From IMG/VR virus record IMGVR_UViG_3300025523_000001: 40,529 bases of DNA; one strand, 5' to 3'. Source of the stretch: a virus. The notes beneath the pieces were generated by a model. That model saw nothing but the letters and a program-made list of their open reading frames with translations. It was not told where the DNA came from and did no database searches. The position numbers were made by a program, and so were the translations under genes. Positions 22,825 to 31,015 of this stretch are shown here, piece by piece (positions within the stretch are counted from its first letter, which is position 1; every line of letters starts with the position of its first letter).

Positions 22825-23300
22825 TGAGCGTGGAAGTCGATACGGGCGGCGTGGATGAGGTCCTGAAAAACATGGCCCGGAAAAGCGACAAGGTAAATCG
22901 GGAAGCCGTCAGGACTGCCGCGAAATACGTCGCTGAGAGGCTGGAAGAAAACACGCCATATGAGGACGAAAGCAAGTACCGCAGCTGGAATGAACAATTC
23001 AAGCTTGAAAACGAAAATGGCCAGGAACACAAGAAATTTAAGCACATGAAGGACGATGTGCATGTATCTGTCGGGCGGGACGGTACAGCAACTGTGGGAT
23101 ATGGCCATGATACCTATTGGCGTGTTCATTTTGTTGAAACGGGGACAATGCGAACAGGGGGTATGGTAGATAAGTCTGGAAAACGTCACTGGGGCGCAGG
23201 CATAGAAGGGCAACATTTTATCGAGCGGACGACGCAGGAAACGAAAGATGCCGCTTTTGACTTGATGGCAAAAAAAATAAAGAAGGCGTTCGGGCTGTGA
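22824..23300 (+). CDS. HK97 gp10-family neck/tail-completion protein
   Basis: The motifs YWRVHFVETGT and QHFIERT are present and synteny agrees. Confidence 0.7.
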   Translation: MSVEVDTGGVDEVLKNMARKSDKVNREAVRTAAKYVAERLEENTPYEDESKYRSWNEQFKLENENGQEHKKFKHMKDDVHVSVGRDGTATVGYGHDTYWRVHFVETGTMRTGGMVDKSGKRHWGAGIEGQHFIERTTQETKDAAFDLMAKKIKKAFGL

Positions 23301-23680
23301 CACTGCCAACAACAGAGGTCCGTGACCTATTGTTAGCTGATGAAAAGTTTTCTGCCATCATTCCGCCAGAAAAATGTTTTGCTCTGTTAATCCCAGAAGA
23401 ATTTCAAACAGTCGAAAGTGCCCCTGTGGCTTTGCTTACGCCTATATCAGGCGTTCCGTATGATTTTGCGAGCAATAGGCCAATTAGCAAACAAAACGCC
23501 GTACAGTTGCAAATATGGACGTCGTATGATGATGAAAATCTAAACGAATTTGATGATATTCTGGCAAATATTATGGAGCCTGCCGGATGGTATGAATATT
23601 GGAGTTTTGGAGTGGTAAAAGATCCGACCATTGACCTGCTTGTTACAACATGGAGGTTTCGAAAAATAACATACAAATAA
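23297..23680 (+). CDS. Tail terminator / neck protein (call based on position)
   Basis: GTG start. It is the last gene before the major tail protein. Confidence 0.5.
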   Translation: MTLPTTEVRDLLLADEKFSAIIPPEKCFALLIPEEFQTVESAPVALLTPISGVPYDFASNRPISKQNAVQLQIWTSYDDENLNEFDDILANIMEPAGWYEYWSFGVVKDPTIDLLVTTWRFRKITYK

Positions 23681-23684
23681 AATT

Positions 23685-23711
23685 GAGTCCGCGCTGCGGG
23701 CTCTTTTTATT
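23685..23711 (+). terminator. Intrinsic terminator upstream of the major tail gene
   Basis: GAGTCCGC-gct-GCGGGCTC is followed by TTTTTATT. Confidence 0.7.
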
Positions 23712-23732
23712 AAAAAAGGAGAGTGTAAAAGA

Positions 23733-24317
23733 ATGGCAGTAGTAGGTTTTGATGCGGCTAAAATTAGCATTCTTGATGACAATGAAAAAGTAACAGACAC
23801 ATTTACAATTGATAGATCAGCTGGCGGTACAATCGAGGCCAATATTTCCGGTTTAGCACCAAATATGAACGTGGTTTATGCATCTAACGTGCCTTTTTAC
23901 GTCAGTGCTAAAGGAACAAGTGAAGTTAAATGCGAATTGACCGTGGCTGATCTGGATGATCTGGGAACGGAAGCGGTAAACAAAATTTTGGGACGCGAAC
24001 AGGATTCTACGACGAAAATTACGAAAGTTGGCGTAAATACAACACCGCCTTATTGCGTTCTGGAGCTTATTTCTAAGGATAAACAAGGAAAAGGCCTTTA
24101 TCTTGGCCTGTTAAAAGGCAAATTCACATTTGACGGTGAAGATATTAAAACGTCGGATAACAACGGTTCCCAACTGTCAGAAGACAAAGTTACCATGCAG
24201 TGTATTTCTAGGAAAGATGGTTACATTTATGCGAAAGCAAAAGAAGCAGATGGGACCACACAAGCTGATTTTGAAGAATTTATTATGCCGGCTGCTACCG
24301 CACCAGCTGCTGGCTGA
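23733..24317 (+). CDS. Major tail protein
   Basis: 194 aa, in the expected syntenic position. The gene is flanked by terminators. Confidence 0.8.
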   Translation: MAVVGFDAAKISILDDNEKVTDTFTIDRSAGGTIEANISGLAPNMNVVYASNVPFYVSAKGTSEVKCELTVADLDDLGTEAVNKILGREQDSTTKITKVGVNTTPPYCVLELISKDKQGKGLYLGLLKGKFTFDGEDIKTSDNNGSQLSEDKVTMQCISRKDGYIYAKAKEADGTTQADFEEFIMPAATAPAAG

Positions 24318-24323
24318 TTATAT

Positions 24324-24347
24324 GGCTGGGGTAACCCAGCCTTTTTT
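24324..24347 (+). terminator. Intrinsic terminator downstream of the major tail gene
   Basis: GGCTGGG-gtaa-CCCAGCC is followed by TTTTTT. Confidence 0.8.
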
Positions 24348-24374
24348 CTAAAACGATGAAACGAGGGATGAAAA

Positions 24375-24677
24375 ATGGGAGTACGCTTAGAAATCACTGA
24401 TCAGGAAACAGGAAGAACACAGGTCTTTAAAAAAGATTTTGTTAGTTTCCGAAAAACTCGTGAAGCAATGAAATTGCAAGTAGATATACAGGGAATGAAC
24501 GAACTAGAAACATTTGATGCATTGCTTAATTTCGTTGTTGATCTGTTTGAAGACAAAGACCTTACACCAGATTACATCCTGGACAATCTACCGGCGGAAA
24601 GCGGAATGAACATTCTAACCGATGTTCTCGAGCAAGTAATGGGAGTCGGGAAAGATGATGGCACGGGAAAAAAGTAA
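24375..24677 (+). CDS. Tail assembly chaperone (G-like, zero-frame product)
   Basis: It lies between the major tail protein and the tape measure, and ends at the slippery site. Confidence 0.8.
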   Translation: MGVRLEITDQETGRTQVFKKDFVSFRKTREAMKLQVDIQGMNELETFDALLNFVVDLFEDKDLTPDYILDNLPAESGMNILTDVLEQVMGVGKDDGTGKK

Positions 24678-24844
24678 CGCCGGAAGAAGCCTATGAAAAC
24701 ATGAAAGAACTCTATCAAAAAATGATGGAAGCGGGATATTCTTTCCATGACATTGACGAATCGGATTATTTTGGTGCTTTAGAAATGTTATCTTCTACAC
24801 CTCGAAAAGTCATGTCCGCAGAAGATTTCTTCGATAGTATCTAA
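24375..24844 (+). CDS. Tail assembly chaperone GT-like product made by a -1 frameshift at 24668-24674
   Basis: After a slip on A_AAA_AAG, the -1 frame stays open for 56 codons (KVTPEEAYENMKELYQKMMEAGYSFHDIDESDYFGALEMLSSTPRKVMSAEDFFDSI) up to TAA 24842-24844. Confidence 0.7.
24668..24674 (+). promoter_or_regulatory. Programmed -1 ribosomal frameshift heptamer A_AAA_AAG
   Basis: In the zero frame the sequence reads GGA AAA AAG TAA. The heptamer matches the X_XXY_YYZ slippery pattern. Confidence 0.7.
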
Positions 24845-24860
24845 GAAAGGAGGTTAAAAT

Positions 24861-27800
24861 ATGCCGCAAACTGGTAAGCCATTGGGCAGCATGGTTATTA
24901 AACTCGGCTTGGATGGATCCAAATTTACGGACACACTGGCAAATATACAAAGGTCCCTTAAAACTCAATTGAGCACCATGAGGGCAAACCTAAAAGTTTA
25001 TGATGCTGTAGGTGACAATCTCGGTAAATTAGAAAATAATTATAAAGACTTAAAAAGTACTATTGCTTTACTCGAAAAAGAGAACGAACACCTTACAGCA
25101 AGTTACAAAAAACATGTAGAAGCTGGCACCGAAAATTCAAAAGCGGCCCAAAACTTAGCGAAAAAAATAAATGATAATATACAAAAACAAGCACTTTATC
25201 GTAAGCAATTAAGCCAAACAGAGCGCGCCCTGGCTGATGAAAAATCCGGCATGAATGATCTGCGGGAAGAAATCTCACGGGTTGAACAAAGTACGCAGGC
25301 ACTTGTCCAGAAAAACAAAGCCATGGGCCGGTCATTGGCCGCTAACAAAGAGGAATACAACGGTCTTAAAACTGTTATTGATAAACGAAACCAACTGATC
25401 GACAAGGAAAAAGCAAAACTGGCTGAACTTATCCGGACTAAAGGCAAGGACGATTCGGCCACAGCAGATCAACGCCTAGCCATCCAAAAACTAGAGGCAT
25501 CCCAAGCAGTAGCGATCGAACGCTATCAAAAATTAGAAAGATCGATTGGAAATGTGTCAGACTATACTATTAAATTAAGACAAAAATTATCTGATATAAG
25601 CGGTAAAATGTCGGAAAGTGCCGAAAAGGCAAACCAATGGGGGGATAAGCTATCAAAGGCTTTTACCTTGCCGATAGCGGCGTTATCGACTTTGGGGACC
25701 AAAATAAGTAGCGAACTGTCCAATGTATCAGGTAAAATTCAGGCCATGACAGGCGTAACAGGAAAAGAGGCCAAAAAGCAGGGCAAAATAGTTGGTCAAG
25801 TTTGGGCAGATGGATTCGGAGAAAGCACCGAACAAGTCGGTGAAGCTGTCATCAAGATTAAGCAAAATTTAAATGGTATTAGTGATAAACAATTAAAAAG
25901 CGTCACAGAAAAAGCTTTGACATTGTCTAAAATTACCGGCGCGGATTTAGATGAATCCCTTCGGGGCGTTAATAGTTTAATGACAAACTTTGGTATGTCA
26001 GCCGATGAAGCATTTGACTATATGGTTACCGGTGCCCAACGAGGACTGAACAAGTCTGGCGAGCTGGAAGATAATATTTCGGAGTATGGCCAATTATGGG
26101 CACAGGCTGGATTCAGCGCAAAAGACATGTTTAGTATTCTTGAAAATGGTTTAAAATCTGGAGCATATAATTTTGATAAAGTAAATGACTTTGTAAAGGA
26201 ATTTGGAATAAGCTTAAACGACGGAAGATTCCAGGAAAATATCGGCAGTTTTTCAAAGAGAACACAAGAATTATTCGACAAATATAAATCTGGAAAAGCA
26301 ACGGTTAAAGATGTTTTTGGCTCGGCGATCAATGACCTTAAAAATATGCGGAATGAGCATAAAAAATTGTCGATAGCATCCACTGTTTGGTCTAGTCTTG
26401 GCGAAGACAACGCCATGAAGGTTATTGAATCGCTGAATAATACTAACAAAGCATATGATAACGTTTCTGGAGCTGCAAAAAAAGCAGCAAAAAGTATGAA
26501 CGATACTCCTGTAGGTAAATTCAATAAAGCATGGCGTAAATTCCAGACAGATTTAAAGCCAGTTGGAGATGATCTTCTTAACTTTGGTACTAAGATGTTA
26601 CCAAAAGTTTCAGATGCAATTAATAAAGTAACAGATAAGTTTGAAAATCTTTCGCCATCTACCAGACGCACAGTTTTAGAAATAGCTGGTTTTGCTGCTG
26701 CTCTCGGACCGACAGTGAAAATCGGCGGTATGGCAGCAAATACCATTTCAAAAATGGTCAATGGTTATAGCAAATTACGTGGTGTAATTAGCAAAACAGG
26801 CAATATAATGTCTAAAATGTTTGGCGGTTTGGGCATAAAAAATGCCATAAAATTGCAAGCATCACTTGCATGGGGTAAGGTAAAAACCGCATTATCAGCT
26901 ATTGGCAAAGCTGGTAAGGCTACGGGAAAGTTTTTCAAATGGTCAGCTAGTCTGTTATGGAGCGGCGTGAAAAAATCATTGTCCGCTTTACAAATAGCAG
27001 GGAAGAAAACCGGTAAAGCGTTCGTTTGGACTGGTAAAATTGCCGTGTCTGGTACTAAGAAAGCCATACAAGGAATCGGAACGGCTGCGAGAGTGTCCGG
27101 AAGATGGATTGGAACAATGACTAAAGCGGCATTTAATTTTGGAAAAACAAGTGCGATATGGGCGGCGCAGAGGTTGAAAATCCTCGCTGTCGCAGCAGCT
27201 CAAAAAGTAGCCGCGGGAGCTGCAAAAGCGTGGGCCGTCGCACAAAGGCTTTTGAACCTTGCGATGAAAGCCAACCCGATAGGTCTTGTGATTACAGCCG
27301 TTGCCACCCTTGCCATCGGTTTAGTTTCACTATATAAGCACTCGAAAAAATTCCGTGATTTTGTAAATGGAATCAAGCAAAAAGCAAAGGAAATGGCAAA
27401 CTCGGTAAAATCGCACGTTTCCGGTATGGTTTCCGGCGTTAAGTCAAAATTTAGTAATATGAAAAATACCGCAGTAAAATTAGCCGGAAGCATGGCTAAT
27501 CAGGTGTCCAACAAACACAGCTGGCTTAACAAACATACAAACGGCGCAGCTAGATCTATGTTTAACGGGCTGAAAAAGACTTATCATAGTGGCCATAAAA
27601 CATTGGAAAACGCTACTCAAACCTTCAGACATTTGGTATCCGGTAAGTGGTCAAAACTCGGTGGAGACATCAAGAGAACAACAAAAAGCGCGCTTAATAC
27701 TGCGAAAAACTATTATAAAAGCGGGTTTAGCGCTTTAAATAAATTGACCGGCGGTAGACTTGGTAATATGTTTTCAAAAGTAAAATCTTTTAGCTCGAAA

Positions 27801-29165
27801 GTTGTCAGCACTTTTAAATCTTTACCGCATAAAATTGCCAGCGGCATAAAAAATGGCGCCAGAACAATAGCAAATGCCGGCAAACATGTCGGAAACTCAC
27901 TACTTAGAGCAATCGGCAAGCCGGTAAATGGTGTAATTAAAGGGGTAAACTGGGTTTTAAAAAGGGTTGGCGCTAAACATCTGATAAAGCATTGGCACGT
28001 GCCACAGTATGCAAAAGGCACCGGTGGGCACCCGCAGGACGGTCCAATGATTGTCGGGGATGGTAACGGAGCGCACCGGAAAGAATTAATCCAATTTCCA
28101 AACGGAAAGACGTTCCTTTCGCCTGATCGCCCGACCATGATGTTTGCGCCAAAAGGCACACAGGTAGTAGACGGCGATAATACCAAAAAAATAATGACTC
28201 TGGCAGGTATCCCAAAATATGCATCTGGGATTGGATGGCTTAAAGACAAAATTGCCGGAGGATGGGGCAAACTTAAAAATATTGGAGATAACATTTGGAA
28301 ATATGTAAGTCATCCTACTAAGTTATTAAACACGGTTGTTGAAAAATATGCTGGCAATTCAATCGCAAATTTGGCCGGTGCTATGAGAGACATAGCCAGC
28401 GGATCCGCCAAAATGATTATAAAAAATGCGGCAAGCTGGATCAAAAAAATGTTTGGTTCGACGGCAAACCCGTCCGGGTCTGGTGTCCAGCGTTGGCGGC
28501 CATATGTCATCCGCGCGCTGGCCATGAATGGTCTGTCTACGAGCAAAGCAATGGTTAACAAGGTTTTGCGCCAAATTGCAACGGAATCTGGTGGCAATCC
28601 ATTTGCTGTCCAACATGGATATACAGATATAAACACTATTACCGGGGACCTTGCAAAGGGCTTGATGCAGACAATCTCAGCAACTTTTAACGCCTATAAA
28701 TTTCCAGGCCACGGGAACATTTTTAACGGATTTGATAACCTGCTGGCGGCCCTTAACTACGCCAAACACCGTTATGGAAAAACATTAAGCGCACTTGGCA
28801 AAGGGCACGGATATGCAAATGGTGGTCTTGTGACAACCGAACAGATCGCCAAAATCGGCGAGGGAAACAAGGCTGAAATGGTTATCCCGCTAACAAATAA
28901 AACCCGGGCAATTCAGCTCATGATGCAGGCATTGGCCATCCTTGGCGGGAACGGTTCTTCCGGGCCTTCCGCAGGTGGAAGCGGATCGGGAACGGTTGAT
29001 ATGACCGATACAAACAACCTGCTAAAACAATTAATAAATCTTGTAGCAAACATTGATCCGAATGTTTACCTCGATGGTAAAAAGCTATATGACAATAACA
29101 AAAAATATAGCAATCAGGAGGCAAATATAAGAAATGTATTTAAGGGGGTGATGTCCATTGGTTGA
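24861..29165 (+). CDS. Tape measure protein with a C-terminal lytic transglycosylase (SLT) domain
   Basis: 1434 aa with coiled-coil and TM-like central repeats. IATESGGNPFAVQ...GLMQTISATF is the SLT catalytic region. Confidence 0.92.
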   Translation: MPQTGKPLGSMVIKLGLDGSKFTDTLANIQRSLKTQLSTMRANLKVYDAVGDNLGKLENNYKDLKSTIALLEKENEHLTASYKKHVEAGTENSKAAQNLAKKINDNIQKQALYRKQLSQTERALADEKSGMNDLREEISRVEQSTQALVQKNKAMGRSLAANKEEYNGLKTVIDKRNQLIDKEKAKLAELIRTKGKDDSATADQRLAIQKLEASQAVAIERYQKLERSIGNVSDYTIKLRQKLSDISGKMSESAEKANQWGDKLSKAFTLPIAALSTLGTKISSELSNVSGKIQAMTGVTGKEAKKQGKIVGQVWADGFGESTEQVGEAVIKIKQNLNGISDKQLKSVTEKALTLSKITGADLDESLRGVNSLMTNFGMSADEAFDYMVTGAQRGLNKSGELEDNISEYGQLWAQAGFSAKDMFSILENGLKSGAYNFDKVNDFVKEFGISLNDGRFQENIGSFSKRTQELFDKYKSGKATVKDVFGSAINDLKNMRNEHKKLSIASTVWSSLGEDNAMKVIESLNNTNKAYDNVSGAAKKAAKSMNDTPVGKFNKAWRKFQTDLKPVGDDLLNFGTKMLPKVSDAINKVTDKFENLSPSTRRTVLEIAGFAAALGPTVKIGGMAANTISKMVNGYSKLRGVISKTGNIMSKMFGGLGIKNAIKLQASLAWGKVKTALSAIGKAGKATGKFFKWSASLLWSGVKKSLSALQIAGKKTGKAFVWTGKIAVSGTKKAIQGIGTAARVSGRWIGTMTKAAFNFGKTSAIWAAQRLKILAVAAAQKVAAGAAKAWAVAQRLLNLAMKANPIGLVITAVATLAIGLVSLYKHSKKFRDFVNGIKQKAKEMANSVKSHVSGMVSGVKSKFSNMKNTAVKLAGSMANQVSNKHSWLNKHTNGAARSMFNGLKKTYHSGHKTLENATQTFRHLVSGKWSKLGGDIKRTTKSALNTAKNYYKSGFSALNKLTGGRLGNMFSKVKSFSSKVVSTFKSLPHKIASGIKNGARTIANAGKHVGNSLLRAIGKPVNGVIKGVNWVLKRVGAKHLIKHWHVPQYAKGTGGHPQDGPMIVGDGNGAHRKELIQFPNGKTFLSPDRPTMMFAPKGTQVVDGDNTKKIMTLAGIPKYASGIGWLKDKIAGGWGKLKNIGDNIWKYVSHPTKLLNTVVEKYAGNSIANLAGAMRDIASGSAKMIIKNAASWIKKMFGSTANPSGSGVQRWRPYVIRALAMNGLSTSKAMVNKVLRQIATESGGNPFAVQHGYTDINTITGDLAKGLMQTISATFNAYKFPGHGNIFNGFDNLLAALNYAKHRYGKTLSALGKGHGYANGGLVTTEQIAKIGEGNKAEMVIPLTNKTRAIQLMMQALAILGGNGSSGPSAGGSGSGTVDMTDTNNLLKQLINLVANIDPNVYLDGKKLYDNNKKYSNQEANIRNVFKGVMSIG

Positions 29166-30837
29166 ACGAACGTTTAATTTCGGCGGCTTAGATAGTAAAA
29201 ATGATCTCGGCATTATTGTAAATGACATCAGGAAATCTATCGGGCCCGAGATTACAGAAAATGTCCAGGACGTCCCCGGCATGGTTGGAAAAATATTTCT
29301 CGGAAACTCTTATGGCCAGCGCGTGGATGAAATTGATATTACTATCCCGGCTGATTCCAATGAGGAAGCGAGCAAAAAATTTCACGATTTATCGACCGCT
29401 TTTATTATGCTTGGCGACGATGAATATCCTATGGTTTACAGCGATGAATCAGAATGGGAATATTATGGCCATTTTAGCAGCATAACGAAACCAGAACGGA
29501 TTGACCAGGCTTCATGTTGGACAAAATGCACGCTTACCTTTTCCTGTAGTGACCCGAAAGGCTATGGCGAATACCAACAGCACGACATGACAGAAAACCC
29601 TATAATGATCACGCCGGACGGGACAGCTAACTGCTATCCTATTTTTACGTGCATGCCCAAAAAAGATGTAACCAAAATTGCGATTACTGATGAGGATGGA
29701 AATTATGTCTACTTAGGAGCTGATGTTGATCCTGATACTGGTGACGCCCCAATAGATAAGGAGCCCTTAGTTTTCCACGACACTTGTAATACATTAGCGA
29801 ATTGGACTGCTATTGATTCATCTAACATTACTTTTGAATTGGAAAATGGTATTCCATCCGGAACCATGAGAAGTACAGCAAATTCGATAAAAGTAGGGAA
29901 AACGAGTGATGGTTATGCTGATTTCGGACCTGCCACAAACGATAAAAAATGGCACGGTCCTGTTAGATTACAATGGCTCCCTAATGGATATGATGATTTT
30001 CGAATTAGAGTCCGCATGTGGAATCGTCAATATTATGCTAGAGCTCGCGGAAAATGTGAAGTATATTTGTTGGACTCAAACGGGACAAGATTTGGAAAAA
30101 TTATGCTGAAAGATAATGGAAGCAGCGAAGAAGTATATGTACAAGTACAACTGGGCACATCAAAGAATTATAAAAATATTTATTATGGTAAAGGAAACAT
30201 CAAAAAGGGGAAAAAGAAAACCAAGACAGTTAAGCTTGGAGCGGGAACAAAGAAAGTCACTGAAAAGGGAAAGACAAAAACAGTGCAGCAGTGGAAGACG
30301 GTCAAACTTGATGAAGATACATCAACTAATACTTTTACTAATTTTTATGGCTACATTGAATTAAAAAAAATAGGTAATAAATATCGTGTTGAAATCATGA
30401 AATTTGATGATAATTCAAACCCTGCTTGGAATAAACCTTTGGTATACACCTACACTGATTCTAGCGGTAAATATGCAAAACAGTTAGCTGGAATTGCTTT
30501 TTATACTGCCAAAATGGACATTAAAGAAGATGCTGCTAATCCAGTCAAGCATTATACAAATAATGGGATGGGTCTTAGTGATGTTAAAGTATGGAAAATT
30601 ATCGACGGAGGAAATGGGTCTAGCACTTCTCCCACAACCATTGCCAATAAAGGTGATGAAATAAAAATCAATTGTGAAGATCGCACCGTATATAAAAACG
30701 GCGCTATTTTTATGGATAAGCTTTATATCGGAAGTAATTTTCCAACATTACAAGGTGGTGTTGAAAAGGTATTTTCCTTCGAACCCGATCTAAGTGATGC
30801 AGACTGGTATTATGAATATAGAAGTACAAGTAATTAG
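29158..30837 (+). CDS. Distal tail protein (Dit), enlarged form with extra domains
   Basis: TTG start after AAGGGGGTG. The N-terminal FNFGGLDSKNDLGIIVNDI is the Sipho_tail signature. At 559 aa it is about twice the length of a minimal Dit. Confidence 0.8.
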   Translation: MVERTFNFGGLDSKNDLGIIVNDIRKSIGPEITENVQDVPGMVGKIFLGNSYGQRVDEIDITIPADSNEEASKKFHDLSTAFIMLGDDEYPMVYSDESEWEYYGHFSSITKPERIDQASCWTKCTLTFSCSDPKGYGEYQQHDMTENPIMITPDGTANCYPIFTCMPKKDVTKIAITDEDGNYVYLGADVDPDTGDAPIDKEPLVFHDTCNTLANWTAIDSSNITFELENGIPSGTMRSTANSIKVGKTSDGYADFGPATNDKKWHGPVRLQWLPNGYDDFRIRVRMWNRQYYARARGKCEVYLLDSNGTRFGKIMLKDNGSSEEVYVQVQLGTSKNYKNIYYGKGNIKKGKKKTKTVKLGAGTKKVTEKGKTKTVQQWKTVKLDEDTSTNTFTNFYGYIELKKIGNKYRVEIMKFDDNSNPAWNKPLVYTYTDSSGKYAKQLAGIAFYTAKMDIKEDAANPVKHYTNNGMGLSDVKVWKIIDGGNGSSTSPTTIANKGDEIKINCEDRTVYKNGAIFMDKLYIGSNFPTLQGGVEKVFSFEPDLSDADWYYEYRSTSN

Positions 30838-30845
30838 AAATTTAA

Positions 30846-30854
30846 TGTTATAAT
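30846..30854 (+). promoter_or_regulatory. Extended -10 promoter element TGTTATAAT in the Dit-Tal gap
   Basis: TG at 30846-30847 and TATAAT at 30849-30854. No good -35 box is present. Confidence 0.35.
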
Positions 30855-30860
30855 CAATTA

Positions 30861-30997
30861 TAGGCTAGGGTCGCTCCCGAAAAGAAGGCACCCACCTTCC
30901 TGCCTAGCTGTCATGGTAAAAGAAAAACAGCGGGAGGATACACTTGGAAATATGCTGAATAAATTACTTTTACAGATCCTAAAAAGGATCTTTTTTT
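30861..30997 (+). ncRNA. Candidate structured RNA or leader in the 178-bp Dit-Tal intergenic gap
   Basis: Three pairings are visible: GGCTAGG (30864-30870) with CCTAGCT (30903-30909), GAAGG-caccca-CCTTC, and CTCCCG (30873-30878) with CGGGAG (30931-30936). The last one is pseudoknot-like. The element ends in the terminator at 30974-30997. Confidence 0.3.
30974..30997 (+). terminator. Intrinsic terminator immediately upstream of the Tal RBS
   Basis: AGATCCT-aaaa-AGGATCT is followed by TTTTTT. Confidence 0.6.
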
Positions 30998-31015
30998 ATT
31001 AGGAGGTGATAGTCA

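Noticed and set aside
21117-23312. Antisense ORFs of 218 aa (opposite the capsid gene) and 192 aa (opposite the connector genes)
   Set aside because: They are shadow ORFs with no initiation signals, and the forward genes are strongly supported.
26018-28636. Long antisense ORFs within the tape measure gene (247, 193 and 108 aa and others)
   Set aside because: They are shadow ORFs opposite a 1434-aa gene with clear domain signatures. They have no SDs or promoters.
30952-31002. 16-aa ORF MLNKLLLQILKRIFFY in the Dit-Tal gap, plus a 4-aa TTG ORF at 30944
   Set aside because: The SD (GGGAGG 30932-30937) lies 14 nt from the ATG, and the ORF runs through the terminator stem. It is too short and too poorly supported to call, so the region is treated as RNA.
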